From NCBI RefSeq assembly GCF_036321535.1, contig NC_087436.1, positions 39,930,001-39,994,000 of the forward strand: DNA of 64,000 nt. The letters are read 5' to 3'. Origin of the DNA: Camelus dromedarius. Its lineage: Eukaryota. A program made the translations under genes and the position numbers. Position 1 is the stretch's first letter. The number at the start of each line of letters is the position of its first letter. Under the pieces are notes generated by a model that was given only the letters and a program-made list of their open reading frames with translations, searched no databases and was not told the origin of the DNA. Shown piece after piece: positions 12,445-25,579 of the stretch.

Positions 12445-13135
12445 AAAAAAAAAAACCAAACAACCCAGTTAAAAAATGGGTATAAGACTTGAATAGACAT
12501 TTTTCCAGAGAAGACATACAGATGCCCAACAGACACATGAAAAGATGCTCAACATCATTTATCATCAGAGAAATGCAAATCAAAACCTCAATGAGATATC
12601 ACCTCACACCTGTCAGAATAGCTATCATCAAAAAAAACCCACAAATAACAAATGTTGATGAGAATGTGGAGAAAAGAGAGCCCTCATACACTGTGGGTGG
12701 GAATGTAATCTGATGTGGCTACTATGGAAAACAGTATAGAGATTCCTCAAAAAACCTAACATAGAGCTACCATATGATCCAGCAATTCCACTCCTGGCCA
12801 TATGTCTGAAGAAAACAAAAACACTAATTTGAAAAGACACATGCATCCTAGTGTTCATAGTGGCATTATTTACAATAGTTAATTTATGGAAGCAACCTAA
12901 ATGTCCCATGAACAGATGACTGGATAAAGAAGATGTGCTGTATATAAATACACAATGGAATACGACTCAGCCATAAAAAGAATGAAATTTTGCCATTTGT
13001 GACAACATGGATGGACCTAGAGGGGATTGTGCTTAGTGACACAAGTCAGAGAGTGACAAATACTGTATGTTATCACTTACATATGCAACCTAAAAAATAA
13101 AACAAATGAATGAATATTAAAAAAATAAATAAAAA
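12445..13135 (+). mobile_element. L1 LINE fragment (ORF2 C-terminus, frameshifted)
   Basis: ORF 12489-12713 ([11 protein letters not shown]...[19 protein letters not shown]) is L1 ORF2. It ends in an A-rich tail shortly after the ORF2 stop. Confidence 0.95.
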
Positions 13136-14159
13136 TGAGACATATGAAGTCCATGTAGAAACAAGAACAGTATTCTAACCTTATGTGAAGGAAGTCTGAC
13201 CATAAAATTTGCACTTAGCATAATGGTAACCATATAAAACACACACACACAAATGTTATAAGGGAGTATGTAAAAATGAAAAATAGTTGCAATAGTGGGA
13301 TATGAGATTACTGCATCTAGACTTTGAAAAACTTTCTTTACTGCCTTTATAATTGAGAAGTAAATTTATTAAAATTTGGGAAAACTAAATAAAAAAGAAT
13401 ATATCAGAAAATTATTTGCTATAAGAATTATTTGCTATGTGAGTATATGTGTTTATATAAACACTCCCATACATGGTATACATATTCATACACAATTTCT
13501 AAGGGAAAATAGTTATGTCTTTCATAGCAAATTATAATTTGCATAAGCATAAATAATAATAAACAAAAAATGTACTGTAAACTTAAGCTATTAGGATTCA
13601 ATTTAATTTCTTTCATGCATAAATAACTAGGAATATTTTGGTATAAAGCTAAAATGTGGTTGATGGGAAGTTGGTTCAATATAATTTATTAGAGAGTTTT
13701 GCAGTGGTGAGATAACACTCTATAGTTCTTCCAGGCAAAATTTTAAAGGTAGTAAAGATCTTTGCAATTTCCTAGCACCAACATGCACTCACTGATACCC
13801 CAGCCCCTTTTGGTACATGTTTTAAAAGGCATTATTTTCCTGTGATAATTTCTTTTCTCAGGGCAATTGACCCAGGTCTCAATTCACCTGGAACTACCGT
13901 TTCTGTTTTGAGCAGAGGTTCAATCTTCCTAGGCAATGATCCAATAAATGAGAATTCAATATCAGTTCATACCTTCTAACTCACTTACTTGGGCATTAAG
14001 ATGACCACTTACCCATCATTTAAAGTTTATTATCATCTTCAGTTTCCTCTTCATCAAAATTACATGTACTAGAGTAACTAGGAACAGCATGAGCCCCATG
14101 CCTGGCAACTTACTATGTGGTAAGCTCATTGCTATCAGCTTTACCTATTGTATTTCTCA

Positions 14160-14405
14160 AGATTCTTTCAAATGCAAGCTTAATATTTAACTTATGCAAA
14201 AATGAAGGGAATTTATTGGCTTACTAAACAGCAGAGTCCATGTATGAATTCAGACATAGCTGGATCCAGGGGCTCAAGCAATGATATTGGGACCACCTTT
14301 TAACTTTCATTCTATCTTTGTTTTGGTTTCATTCTACAGGAAGTCTCCATCTACATGGTTAGGAAGATGGATGCCTAAAGCCACAGATGCAGATCCTCCC
14401 AGTGG
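14160..14405 (-). mobile_element. MaLR LTR fragment (MLT1J/K-like)
   Basis: Motifs GGGAATTTATTGGCTTA, CAGACATAGCTGGATCCAGGGGCTCAAGCAATG and TTGGTTTCATTCT. Confidence 0.65.
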
Positions 14406-14444
14406 CTACATGTAAGTAAATATAATTATATATATAAATGAGTA

Positions 14445-14650
14445 ATATAGCATTTTATGTCTTAAATCATTTGATACTCATAACAACCCTTATGAGGCAA
14501 ACACATCTCAACTTTGGATGTGAGGAAACTGGAACACAGAGAAGTCTAACTTTCTCAAGGTCACACAGCTCCACAGTGGTGGGCCCAGGTTCCCAATCCA
14601 AAAAGTCTGACATTAGAATTGATGCTTTTTACTACTCCACTATACTCTGC
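14445..14650 (-). mobile_element. MIR SINE
   Basis: CTCATAACAACCCTTATGAGG...TGAGGAAACTGGAACACAGAGAAG...CAAGGTCACACAGC. Confidence 0.85.
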
Positions 14651-14737
14651 TTGGCCAGTGTCTAAATAGAAGTACAGAGAAGGTCTTGATTGCTCAGCAG
14701 TATTTATGTCCTGTACTGGAAATGATCACTCTGTGGC

Positions 14738-15030
14738 TGGATCTTAAAATCATGCTGAGTGAAACACACCAGGTTAAAAGAGTTTACATAGAATTCTCAA
14801 AAATGGAAATTGATCTAGAATTACAAAGTAAAACAGTTGTTATCTGGGGCTGGGTGGCATAAGAGATGGATAGCAAAGGGAAGAAAGAACTTTTGGGAAA
14901 ATTTCCGAAATATCTTGAGTTTGGTGGTAAGTAAAAGAATGCATATTAACCACATTTACCAAACTTGAAATATTTAAAAGTGTCCGGTTTATTGTGTATA
15001 AATTATACCTCAGTACATTTGTTAAAAAAG
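14738..15030 (+). mobile_element. Old L1 (L1M) 3' UTR fragment
   Basis: AAAATCATGCTGAGTGAAA...TTTATTGTGTATAAATTATACCTCAG, typical of L1M 3' termini. Confidence 0.7.
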
Positions 15031-16259
15031 AATACATGTATGTAGCAAATCAACAGAGTTACAAGCAGTAGAAAATTGAGAATAAAAATAAAAATAAGGG
15101 AACAAGGAAACTACCGTCTTCTGATCAGCCATTAAACAAAGAAAAAAAAATTGGAAATTAAAAACATTCCCCCATACATAATATAGATTTGTAGAATTTA
15201 TATAGGGATCTTCCATTGTCAATAATTTATAGACATCTTTGTCTTCTGCATTAACTTAGATATTAATTTCCCTTTTTTGACAAAATAATAAAACAATTTG
15301 AAAAATTTCTAACTTACTGTTCTAGGTACCAACATCGTAATGGGTTGTTGGAGTTATTTCTTAATAGATGGGTATATTCCCTTGGCCTAGTGTAATCATT
15401 TTCTAGTTCATAGTGAAAGGAATAAATTATAATACAGATAAGACCATGAATCCAGCAGAGAATACAGTGTATCCAGTTCATAAATTTGTGCACACATAAG
15501 ACAGTATTATAGTTGTAAAATATGTATAGTGGATCCACCTTTTCTCAGATCATGACATATTTACAAATTGTAATTTCCTCTAGAGATGTACCGTGACTAA
15601 ATTATCGTCTGCTTTTGCTCCAATGCCTCAAGGAAAGAAATACATCTAATTCATCTTGGTTTAGACTGTACTAGTGAAATACGTAAACTCAGTTCTTTTC
15701 CTATAAATTTCATTCCTTGTAAACACCAAAGCAAATATGGAAAATTGATCTTTACCAGTGTAGAATGCATAATCTGCAAACTTGGAAATGATATTAAATA
15801 CAAAACTGAATATTTTAGGAAAATCTTTGTCATGAGGTCACATTATCCACACTCAAGAAAATAAGATTTATACAAATTCCTGTAAACTAGTGGGTATTGA
15901 ATTTTCTACAACAGGAAATCATGAATGTATAATTATAGCTATGACTAGCTTCTTGTCTACTGAGGCCTATGCTAGCATGCAAATTTAGCTACTCAGTTAA
16001 TTATACGGTAGGCACAGATTAGACACATATGGAGTGTGAATTTATGGAAAAAGAACATATTTGGTTTGAGAGAGAATTCCATATGACTCTCTACAAAGCA
16101 GTGATTCACAGGATTTTACAAAGGAACTCAGGAGTTTGCTTATTCACATTCACCTCCCCTCCCCTTCTCTCACTCCCTGCATTTCTAGCATATCTTCTAC
16201 AACATGACAAATACATTAATTCATCATCTGAACTAACACTTCCCACGTGGGATAACTAG

Positions 16260-16790
16260 TGCAGCCAACATTTGAGTGCCTTCCATGTGCCAGATGGTAA
16301 GAGATTTTTATATTCATTAACATGGATAGAGTTTTTACAGCAAAGTATTTTGTAACATAGTAACTCATTTACTCCTCCAAACACCATGTAAAGTAGGTGG
16401 TATTGACACCATCTCACAAATGATGAAACAGCTTGTAATCGGTAGGGAAGGGAGTAAAATTGTGGTCATCTGTGTCCAGTGTCTGTGTTACTCTCCTGCA
16501 CTACCCTGTCCCAGATTATGCTGTGCTCTTACATGTATTGTCATCGTGTAACTCATACAATAATGTCATCACGCTCACTGGAGGCTGCTGTGTCCAGTGT
16601 GCAGAACACAGGACTTGGAATAAGGATATCAGTACTTGAGATGTGGCCTTCCCACTTGCTGTATGATCTTATAACAAATTGCTTAGTCCCTCTTAGCTCG
16701 ATTTTCTTATCTATCTCATGGGAACAATCACTGCTTTGCCTCTCATTTAGCAAAGTCCTAGAAGTTGAAGAAAACACTTGGTGTTAAAAC
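16260..16790. mobile_element. Two degenerate MIR fragments (about 16260-16500 minus, 16580-16790 plus)
   Basis: ACTCATTTACTCCTCCAAACACCATGTAAAGTAGG...ACAAATGATGAAAC and CCCACTTGCTGTATGATCTT...TTTTCTTATCTAT. Confidence 0.6.
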
Positions 16791-17494
16791 ACAATGCAAC
16801 CCTTAGGGCTATATTAATGTAACATAGCTATGTTTATTTCTTACCAGGTAGCCCATGTGAATACCTCTAATTGTTTAAATATTGTTCTGAACAGAAACTT
16901 ACCCCCTGTAGGGGCAATGTTGAAACTTTGTTACTTTTTTTTTTTTTTAAGGGATTAAGTGCTCTGAACCCATCAGAGTTTTTCACTAAAGCTTCATCTT
17001 CTTATTTATACTCTCTGGGTTAAGCGAGATGTCCAGTTTTAAGTATAATACTCTAGAAATGGCATGACCAGTATAGAGTATTATGATTTGTTCAATTATT
17101 ATTTTGTATTCTATCATATACATACCAGTTGTGCTGGATAACATTTCTATTAATTAAATAAAGCTCAAATTTTTAAATATTTTGGCAATCTCATCTGAGG
17201 GACAATGGATTTTGAACTTGTTGCCAACAGAAAAATCAAATTTTCCTTCATAGGAACTGCTGATGTTAAACTATATGTAGTTTTATCCCTCTTATAGATA
17301 ATGGTTTGGGTGGTAGGACAGTGTAATTTGGGGAAGGATCTGTATAGATTCTCAGTTTTATTCTGGATACTTAAAAATTTTTTTTTCTTATTTTTTGGCC
17401 ATAGGCCCAAGTTTGGCCTCAGCAATGTGAATTGTAGAAATCCAAATAACTCAAACAGTCTTTACATAAATAATAAGTAGAAGGACTGCTTCTT

Positions 17495-17601
17495 CTTCCT
17501 CTTCTTCTTTTTTTTTTTTTAATGGAGGTACTGAGAATTGAACCCAGGACCTCGTGCATGATAAGCGTACACTGTACCACAGAGCTATATCCCACCCTCC
17601 T
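17495..17601 (-). mobile_element. tRNA-derived SINE (camelid Vic-1-like)
   Basis: Minus strand reads GGGATATAGCTCTGTGGTACAG...GGTCCTGGGTTCAATTCTCAGTACCTCCATT-poly(A), with Pol III A/B boxes. Exact 11-bp TSD GACTGCTTCTT at 17484-17494 and 17602-17612. Confidence 0.92.
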
Positions 17602-18546
17602 GACTGCTTCTTATCTAGTCTTTTTCCTCCCTAATAAAGGCAATGGTATTTATATGCAGCATCTTCTACTGTCTTCCAACCAGCAAACCATGAAGAGCAA
17701 TAACAAGCTAATTTTATAGCCAGTCGTTTGCGAATTCTTCCATGTGTAGTGTTTGAACTAGAGTCAAGGGAGTGAAAGGGGAAGCACATTCCATTTCTTA
17801 CAAGGACAGCAGTAAAATTCTTACTACCTTTTAAATGGCTTGCCTACAAAGACTGTGCTTAGTGGTAAACCATTTCACTTTCTTTTCCCTCCTTAAGAAA
17901 TAATAAACTGGGTTTTCTTTTAGAGTTTATTCTTTGCAGTTCTGGTGGGAAAATGTTCATTATATTACCATGTGACCATGCTGGAGAAAGCATCTCCAGA
18001 TCCTGCATTTCCTTTTTCGGTAAAGTCTTTAAGAATCACTACCCAATGTACAGAATTGCTCACTAAACCAACCTGAATTTTTTTTGTGAGGTTTTAATGA
18101 TTAACAGTAACACAACTTCTTTTATGCCATGGCGCACATGACAGGAAGGGGGTATCTGAGGTGGAGGCTAAGTCTGTGATTTGGCTGCAAATGATAAGGA
18201 AAAATCTCTGCTGAATTATTCAGGCTTATTCTCTTGAGAAAGATTCACCAGAAATGATAAACTACTATAAAAACCTAATGAAAATGGTGTACACAAATAA
18301 TTAAGAACATTTTAGAAATCATATATCCATTCAGAATAGCTATTAGCTCTGCTGTCGACTGGATAATATTCACTGTATCATATTCACTGAAATGATCAGA
18401 AGGAAACTGTGAAAAAATTATATAGAGTCAATCAAGATAGGATGGCAAATAAAATATGACCATATGGTTAATAATATAATTTAAAGGACTAAGCCTTTTT
18501 TAAAAGCTGCTGGCAAAAATTAAAACAAAATTCCCTTTTGTGTATT

Positions 18547-19002
18547 TGTAGTTGGAATAATGGTTCCATGCCCCAGCTCTGGGGAATTTGGGACTATGTT
18601 ACCTTATATGGTGAAAGCACTTTTCGGGTGTGATTAAATTAAGCATCGAGATGGGGAGGTTATCCTGGATTATCTGAGTGGGCCCAGTGTCATCACCAGG
18701 CTCCTTTTAAGGGAAAGAAGGAAGCAAGAAAGTCAGAGAAGTTGTGGACGCAGAGGTCTGAGTGATGAAATTGCTGAATGTAATGATGAAAGGGGGCTGG
18801 GAGCTAAAGCAGCTGGAAGAAGAAGGAACAGATTCTCCCCTAGACCCTCTGGCAGGAACCAGCCCTGCTCGCACCTTGATGGCAGCTCTGAGAGACTCAT
18901 TTTGAACTTCTGGCCTACAGAACTGTAAGAAAATACATTTATGTGGTGTTAAGCCACTAAGTTTGTAATAATTTGTTATAGCAACAATAAGAACCTAATA
19001 TA
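18547..19002 (+). mobile_element. MaLR solo LTR (MLT1C/D-like)
   Basis: TATGTTACCTTATATGG, GAGATGGGGAGGTTATCCTGGATTATC, CAGATTCTCCCCTAGA, CTTCTGGCCTACAGAACTGTAAGA, AAGCCACTAAGTTTG...TTTGTTATAGCA. Confidence 0.9.
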
Positions 19003-19069
19003 ACGCAACATATGAGTCTTATTTTAACTCTAGAATATAAATTCTTTGAATACTAACAATCTCGATATT

Positions 19070-19135
19070 GTTTTTAAATTGAAGTACCATCTATTACAAT
19101 GTGTCAGTTTCTGGTGTACAGCACAATGTCCCAGG
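19070..19135 (-). mobile_element. Very short L1 3' terminus
   Basis: TTTTTAAATTGAAGTA...TTACAATGTGTCAGTTTCTGGTGTACAGCA, homologous to the L1 3' ends at 19410 and 20765. Imperfect flanking repeat ATCTCGATATT / ATCTCAGTATT. Confidence 0.75.
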
Positions 19136-19180
19136 ATCTCAGTATTAATTCTTCCGTAAGTCATGGAAATAATAACTAAC

Positions 19181-19268
19181 TTTTTTTCTTTCTTTTTCTT
19201 TCTTTCCTTCTTTCTTTTTCTTTCTTTCTTTCTTTCTCCCTTTCTTCCTTCCTTCCTTTCTTTCTTTC

Positions 19269-19319
<51 letters not shown>

Positions 19320-19332
19320 GTCTGTCTGTCTG

Positions 19333-19387
<55 letters not shown>

Positions 19388-19402
19388 CTTTCTCTCTTTC
19401 TC
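19181..19402. repeat. Compound (TTTC)n/(TCTG)n/(TTCC)n microsatellite, about 220 bp
   Basis: Directly visible tetranucleotide arrays located at the tail position of the adjacent minus-strand L1. Confidence 0.98.
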
Positions 19403-19617
19403 TGTTTCTATTGAAGTATAGTCAGTGTACAGTATTGTGGCAATTTCTGGTGTACAGCATAATAGTTCAGTCATACATATACATACACATATTCATTTTC
19501 ATATTCTTTTTCATTATAGGTTACTGCAAGATATTGAATATAGTTCCCTGTGCTATATAGTATAAACTTGTTATTTATCTATTTTGTATATAGTAGTTAG
19601 TATCTATAAATCTCAAG
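19403..19617 (-). mobile_element. L1 3' UTR fragment
   Basis: TATTGAAGTATAGTCAG...TTTCTGGTGTACAGCATA...CAAGATATTGAATATAGTTCCCTGTGCTATA. Confidence 0.92.
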
Positions 19618-20753
19618 CAAATACTTTTATGCATGGGCATGTGCTATGAGTTTTAGATCTCTTGAAATGTTAAGAACTGTTCAGTTGAAATTCTCAATTA
19701 CTAAAGTAGGTGTTAACTTTGTATATGAGAGCCTCTAACTTAACTTCTTTAATAATAGTGATCTGAATTAGCTTTTCAGATGAGCTAAAATAACTGCATT
19801 AACAATTCCATAGTCAGGAATTTGTAGTCATAATACAGTGTCAGGAATTCTATATGTGTAAATTGCCTCTGCTTTAAAATGTATTTTTTCCCATTAAACT
19901 ATGGTCAAAAGCCAGAAGAAAGAAGACATCATGGAAATGAGTTTAAATTATTAGAAAATGTAAATGAAGTGTCTAACTCTGTAAGATTTCACCATAATTG
20001 CAAATATTTTACTTTATGTTATGTAGGCTCAGCTTTTAAACATTTTAAAACTATTATTATATTCTAATACTGCCAAGAGGCTTATAAGATATTTAATAAA
20101 CATCTTGAAACCCATTTATACTAGTACATTTCAATGAAACTATTTCCAGAAAAATGGAATGTGATAGAATTGATTGCACTGCTGAATGTAAATAGCATTT
20201 CTGCTTGGACTTAAACCTCCCATGAAAGATTAAAAACAAGCACCTTGTCAAACTTTGCTATTAGGGATCACATTTAAAAATGTGTTTTGCATGATTTATT
20301 TTTACAAGAAAGTGACTGTTAGCATATTGTTGGACAGTAAATGATATTTGTTTGTGTACACAGTAAAAAAAATCCTCGACTATAAAGCCTCCTGGCTTAT
20401 TAGATATGCATTTGAAACATTTTCCTGTCAATAAATTTTGACATGTAAGATGTTAGTATTAATATTACATTGTTCATTGATTTACTTTTTAATTTTACAA
20501 GAAAAGAAACATGCTATACAAAACTCTACAATTCCTGGTTGATCATGGCTTTATTTTTCAATAAAATAATTGCCTTAAGTATAATTATGTATAGGTTGTT
20601 TAGAACTAAATATAATTACACATGTAGAATTTTTAGAAATAAAAGTACTTCACAGTGCAACTATCTTTAAAACAATTTTGTTATTTTGTTTATCTGCCAT
20701 CCTTGAATCTAAACAAATAAGCAAATGGATGGCACCTAACTTATATTACCTAA

Positions 20754-22003
20754 TTTTAAAAAAATTGAAGTATAGTCGATTTACACTGTTGCTTTTGTTT
20801 CTGGTGTACAGCATAGTGATTCAGATATGTATATATTCCTTTTCATATTCCTTTTCACTATAGGGTTTTGAATATAGTTTTCATTCAAGATATTGAATAT
20901 AATTCCCTATGCTATACAGTACTATTTTGTTGTTTGATTTATATATGGTAGTTAGTATCTACAAAACCCAAACTCCCAATTTATTCCTTCCTACCACCTT
21001 TCCCAGCTGGTAAACATAAGTTTGTTTTCTATGTCTGTGAGTCTGTTTCTGTTTTTTAAAAAGTTCATTTGTGTCTTTTTAATTTTTTTAGATTCCACAT
21101 ATAAGTGATGCCATATGGTATTTTTCTTTCTCTTTCTGGCTTACTTCACTTAGTATGACAATCTCTAGGTCCATCCATGTTGCTGCACATGGCATTAATT
21201 TGTTCTTTTTTATGACTGAGTAGTAGTCCACTGTATATATCTTCTTTATTCAGTCATCTGTCGGACATTTAGGTTGCTTCTATGTCTTGTCTATTGTAAA
21301 CAGTGCTGCTAGGAATATTGGGGTGCATGTATCTATTCCAATTAGAATTTCTTCCAGATAAATGCTTGGGAGTGGGATTATGGGATTATGAATCTATTTT
21401 CAGTTTCTTAAGGAATGTCCATATTGTTTTCCATCATGGCTACACCAGATTACATTCCCACCAATGGTGTAGGAGGGTTCCTTTTTTTCCACACCCTCTT
21501 TAGCATTCATTGTTTGTGGACATTTTAATGATGGCCATCTGAGTGATGCGATGTGGTATCTCATTGTAGTTTTGATTTGCATTTGTCTGATATTAAGCAT
21601 TATTTTCATGTGCCTATTGGCCATTTGTTTTTCTTCATTGACGAAATGTCTGTTTAGGTCTTCTGCCCATTTTTGGATTGGGTTGTTTGTTTTTTTGTTA
21701 TTGAGTTGTATAAGCTGTTTGTGTATTCTGGAAATTAAGCTGTTGTCAATTGCATCATTTGCAAATGTTTTCTCCTTTTCTGTAGGTTGTCTTTTTGTTT
21801 TGTTTGTAGTGTCCTTTGCTGTGCAAAAGCTTATAAGCTTCATTAGGTCCCATTTGTTTATTTTGGCTTTTATTTCTGTTGCCTTGGTAGACTGACTTAG
21901 GAGAACATTGCTAAGATTTCTATCAGAGAATATTTTGCCTATGTTTTCTTTTAGAAGGCTTATGGTGTCTTACATTTAGGTTTCAAGCCATTTTGAGTTT
22001 ATT
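20754..22003 (-). mobile_element. L1 LINE, 5'-truncated (3' UTR plus ORF2 C-terminal part)
   Basis: ORF 21400-21843 ([11 protein letters not shown]...[10 protein letters not shown]...[10 protein letters not shown]) is L1 ORF2. Probable TSD CCTAA[T/C]TTT at 20749-20757 and 22004-22012. Confidence 0.95.
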
Positions 22004-22619
22004 CCTAACTTTTTAAAATTTACAAAACCAGACCATGAAAATTGTGAGGTTTTAATCTCAGATCAAAGTCTATTTATCTCACAAGTTATTTACAAATATG
22101 TTTTTGATGTGTTGAAGAAAAACATTTAAAGCAGTATGAAATTTTGTAGGTATGCACAATGACAAGAAAGTGACCTTTTCTTCCTATACTTATGAATTCT
22201 GTGATTCCTCCACAGTTTCAGCTTCATTGTAGGTGAGGGGGCTGACTTCAAAACCTTAGGAAAGATGCATGTTGCTGCATCCAGCACTTTGCTAGATACT
22301 GACGTTGGCTTTTTAGCAGGTACAGAAGATCTGCAGTGTAGAGGAAGATTGGCTATTGTGAGACAGACATCTCAATAAATACTGTTTCCAGGAGTTTTAT
22401 TTGTTATTTTGTCTTTAAAATTTCTAGGGAGTGTAACACAAATGCTATCCAATGACAAAGTAAGAACAAACACTAGAAGGAGCAATTTGAAATTATCAAT
22501 AATTTTACTGTGTTAGAAACATTGAGTCAGAAAGTAACAAATCTAGAGAGATTCTTTAAATCACATAAGAACTCCCAGTCATGATTCTAGCTGTATTTAT
22601 AGAAAGTCTTCAAAATTTT

Positions 22620-22800
22620 CTCATTCTTTTAAATGTTCCTTCAACAAATATTGATAAGGCATGGCCTATTTGAGGAGCTAGGAACACTGGTGAAGAATAC
22701 AAATGAGAAAGCCTGCCTTTTAGGGGATTAAATCCTAAAAGAGATAAATACAATGTAAATAAGTAGACTATTATGTTAAAATGTGAAAGTTGATGAAGAA
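22620..22800 (-). mobile_element. L2 3' end fragment
   Basis: TTCAACAAATATTGA...GCTAGGAACACTGGTGAAGAA...CCTGCCTTT matches the antisense L2 tail pattern. Confidence 0.55.
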
Positions 22801-25579
22801 AAAATGCTGGTTGATACCAGGCTCCTAATTGTGCCTGGCTTTGGTTGCTTAGCCAGTATTTTAATTTTCTTATGAGTTGATAGTTGAGAAGCAGAAGGAC
22901 AGCAATCAGCTCTATCTACTTACTTGTGAAAATAATTCTACAACAATGTATGATTTTTAATAAAACCCAGAAAGAACATTTATTTTTACTTATTGGAGCA
23001 AAATTTGGAAAGAAAATTTTGCTGTCACCTTCTTTAAACTTTTTTTTCTCTCAGCTAAAATACACATAGTATGAGCTTGCACTCACCCATTTTAGATCTT
23101 TACTTTTTAAGTTAGTTAGCTTCCAAAATGAGATGATATTCCAATCTTTGAAGATCTATATCAGTCCTATGTCTAGAAGAAAAGAAGGATCTCCATTAAA
23201 CTGTTACACTCAACAATAACTTTTGTTTTTGTTTTCTCAAAAACTAGGGAAAACCTCTATCTTGCTTTGCATATTGGCACTAGTCCTCTACTTGTAAGCA
23301 CTGTAGTCATGATAAAAGATAATTTACTTAGAAATTGGTAAAGATAACATTTATTTATATACCATTTTATACCAAGGAATAAACTTGCTGTGTAGCTATA
23401 ATAACAGCATTCAGTTACCTACATTCACCTAGATGCCATTGACTGTGAATGAAGGATGCTTGCAAGCTCAGGTTCTGCACGAGTCATTCTCACATGGGCT
23501 GTCACATTGCTCAGTGCTATTTTTGTCTGCTCATTTATCTCTGTTGATGAGATTTCCCCTGTGGTAGGGGTTACTCTGTTGTCTGCTAGTTCAACTCAGT
23601 GTCTTCTGGCTGGCATCCTGCTTCAGTCATCCGGGGAGACACGGGGTCTTTACCAGAGCCCTCAAAACTGTGTTGGAAAACAGAAAGTGTTTTTTCTCTC
23701 CTTATCAATGATTATAGCTCTTTCAATATAACCTGCAGCAAAAACAAAACAAAACCCCCAAGCCCCCAAAACTCAAAACCCAAACTAAAACAAGTAACAG
23801 CAAAAACAAAACAATAAAAATATCAGATCAGGGAAATTCCCTTAGAAAAAGGACTGTTATAGATCCCCAAAGACTGGAACATCATCTCTTTGTGGAAGTG
23901 AACTAATTAATAAAATAAAGATCTGTAGTGGGTGAGTGCAAACTCGTACTATATGTATTTTAACTAAGAGAATAAAAGCTTTAAGACGGTGACAGAATTT
24001 TTAAAGTGCCTGGTGAAAAAATAAAAAATTAGAAAAATTTCTGTCTCCTGATCATCACTAAGAGAACAATTGCCTCTCCAAAGTGATTAGAGATGTCACA
24101 GCTCTTTGGAACATGTCAGTCTGGGTTCTTCTTTATCATCTGTTCTAGGAAATATTTGTGGGTATACAGAGATCTCAGTTTGAAGATATTTCTTTTGTAT
24201 ATGATCCTTTTATTGAAAGTCAATGTTAATATAAATGTGTTTCATTAGACATGTAAAATATTTTCTTCTAGATTATTTCGTAGTATTTTTTCCATAATTT
24301 TCTAAGCTTCTTTTATGACATTTTTCTGTCATGAATTTGATGTCCAGTATTTGAATATGGCAGAAGCAAACTATCTTTAGTGTATGACTTTGTATTGTAG
24401 ATTTAAGCCTTTGAAAGAATTACTTTTTTATTCTACTGTCTGTCTTACTCCTTTTTTCATTTCTGAAAATTAGGTTTAAAATTAGTCACATTCCTTTTCA
24501 ATGGTTGAGAGGGATTTTTAAATGATTCATTTCCTAAGAGAGCAAAGCAAAAAGAGGAAAAAGAAATAATCACTTAAGTGTGGATTTTAAGTTATAAATT
24601 TAAATTTTAAATTATACATTTTAAACTTTTTGAAATACTTTCTATTATTTTAAAAAGTTCTAGGTAGCAATTTTACTAATACTTTAAAATTAGTAAATGA
24701 AGACTCATTATTCTTTAAAAAACATCTTAGAGAAAGTAATGATAATGAAACTAAGAAAAATTTGCACAAATAAAGAATTATGGGGGAAACTCTAGCCAGT
24801 TTCATAATTTGCGAAGATAGAAAGACTTTTAAGTTTTTTGTCTTATTTCTAAGTTTAAGAATCATACATCTCTGGCATCCTATTTCTGATTGCTCAAGTT
24901 TGGAAGATTAATTATTTCATTAAGTCCATAGTCAAATTTCAGCTTAGCTATAATCACTTAGACAATCTCTAAAATATTTTTACATTTTTGATTAATTAAT
25001 ATCTACATACTATGATTACTGTGAATTTTTCTAATGCATGACTTTCTAGAAACCCTGAAGCCGTTGCCAGTGGGGTGGGCCATTTTGTTATGATAAATAT
25101 AAATGGACTTTGATCAGTATATGTTTTTGTTTAAATGGCTGATTGTAATATATAGTAAAGTAAAAACAACTAAAATTATAATATTTATATAACATCTTGT
25201 CTTCAAGAACCTCCTATTATCAATATTATTCCACTTCCAGGAACTTATTATTTTTACATCACTGAAAACTTTGTTTGCTCAAATGATAAAACTATTAAAA
25301 TTTAGAAATTGAGTAATTTTCTTTATCTTAGATCAATTTCTCCTTCTACCTGAAAGCATAAAAAAATAGACTCTGAATTAGTTACAACAAAGAATAAAAT
25401 GTAGATTTTCCTGAGCATATTGCAGTGTCTTGATTATCAACAAGTTTAAACCAAAGTGGATATCCCTGTCTTAACTTTTAATGGTATATATTAATATTCA
25501 AACATTAATTTATAATTGTCCTATTTTCCCAAGTTTCTGATTCTCAAGTATTAACTAATTTTTAAAATAGTTGGAATGT

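Noticed and set aside
19145..19474. 109-aa KER-rich ORF and the opposite 83-aa FLS-rich ORF
   Set aside because: Translation artefacts of the (TTTC)n microsatellite.
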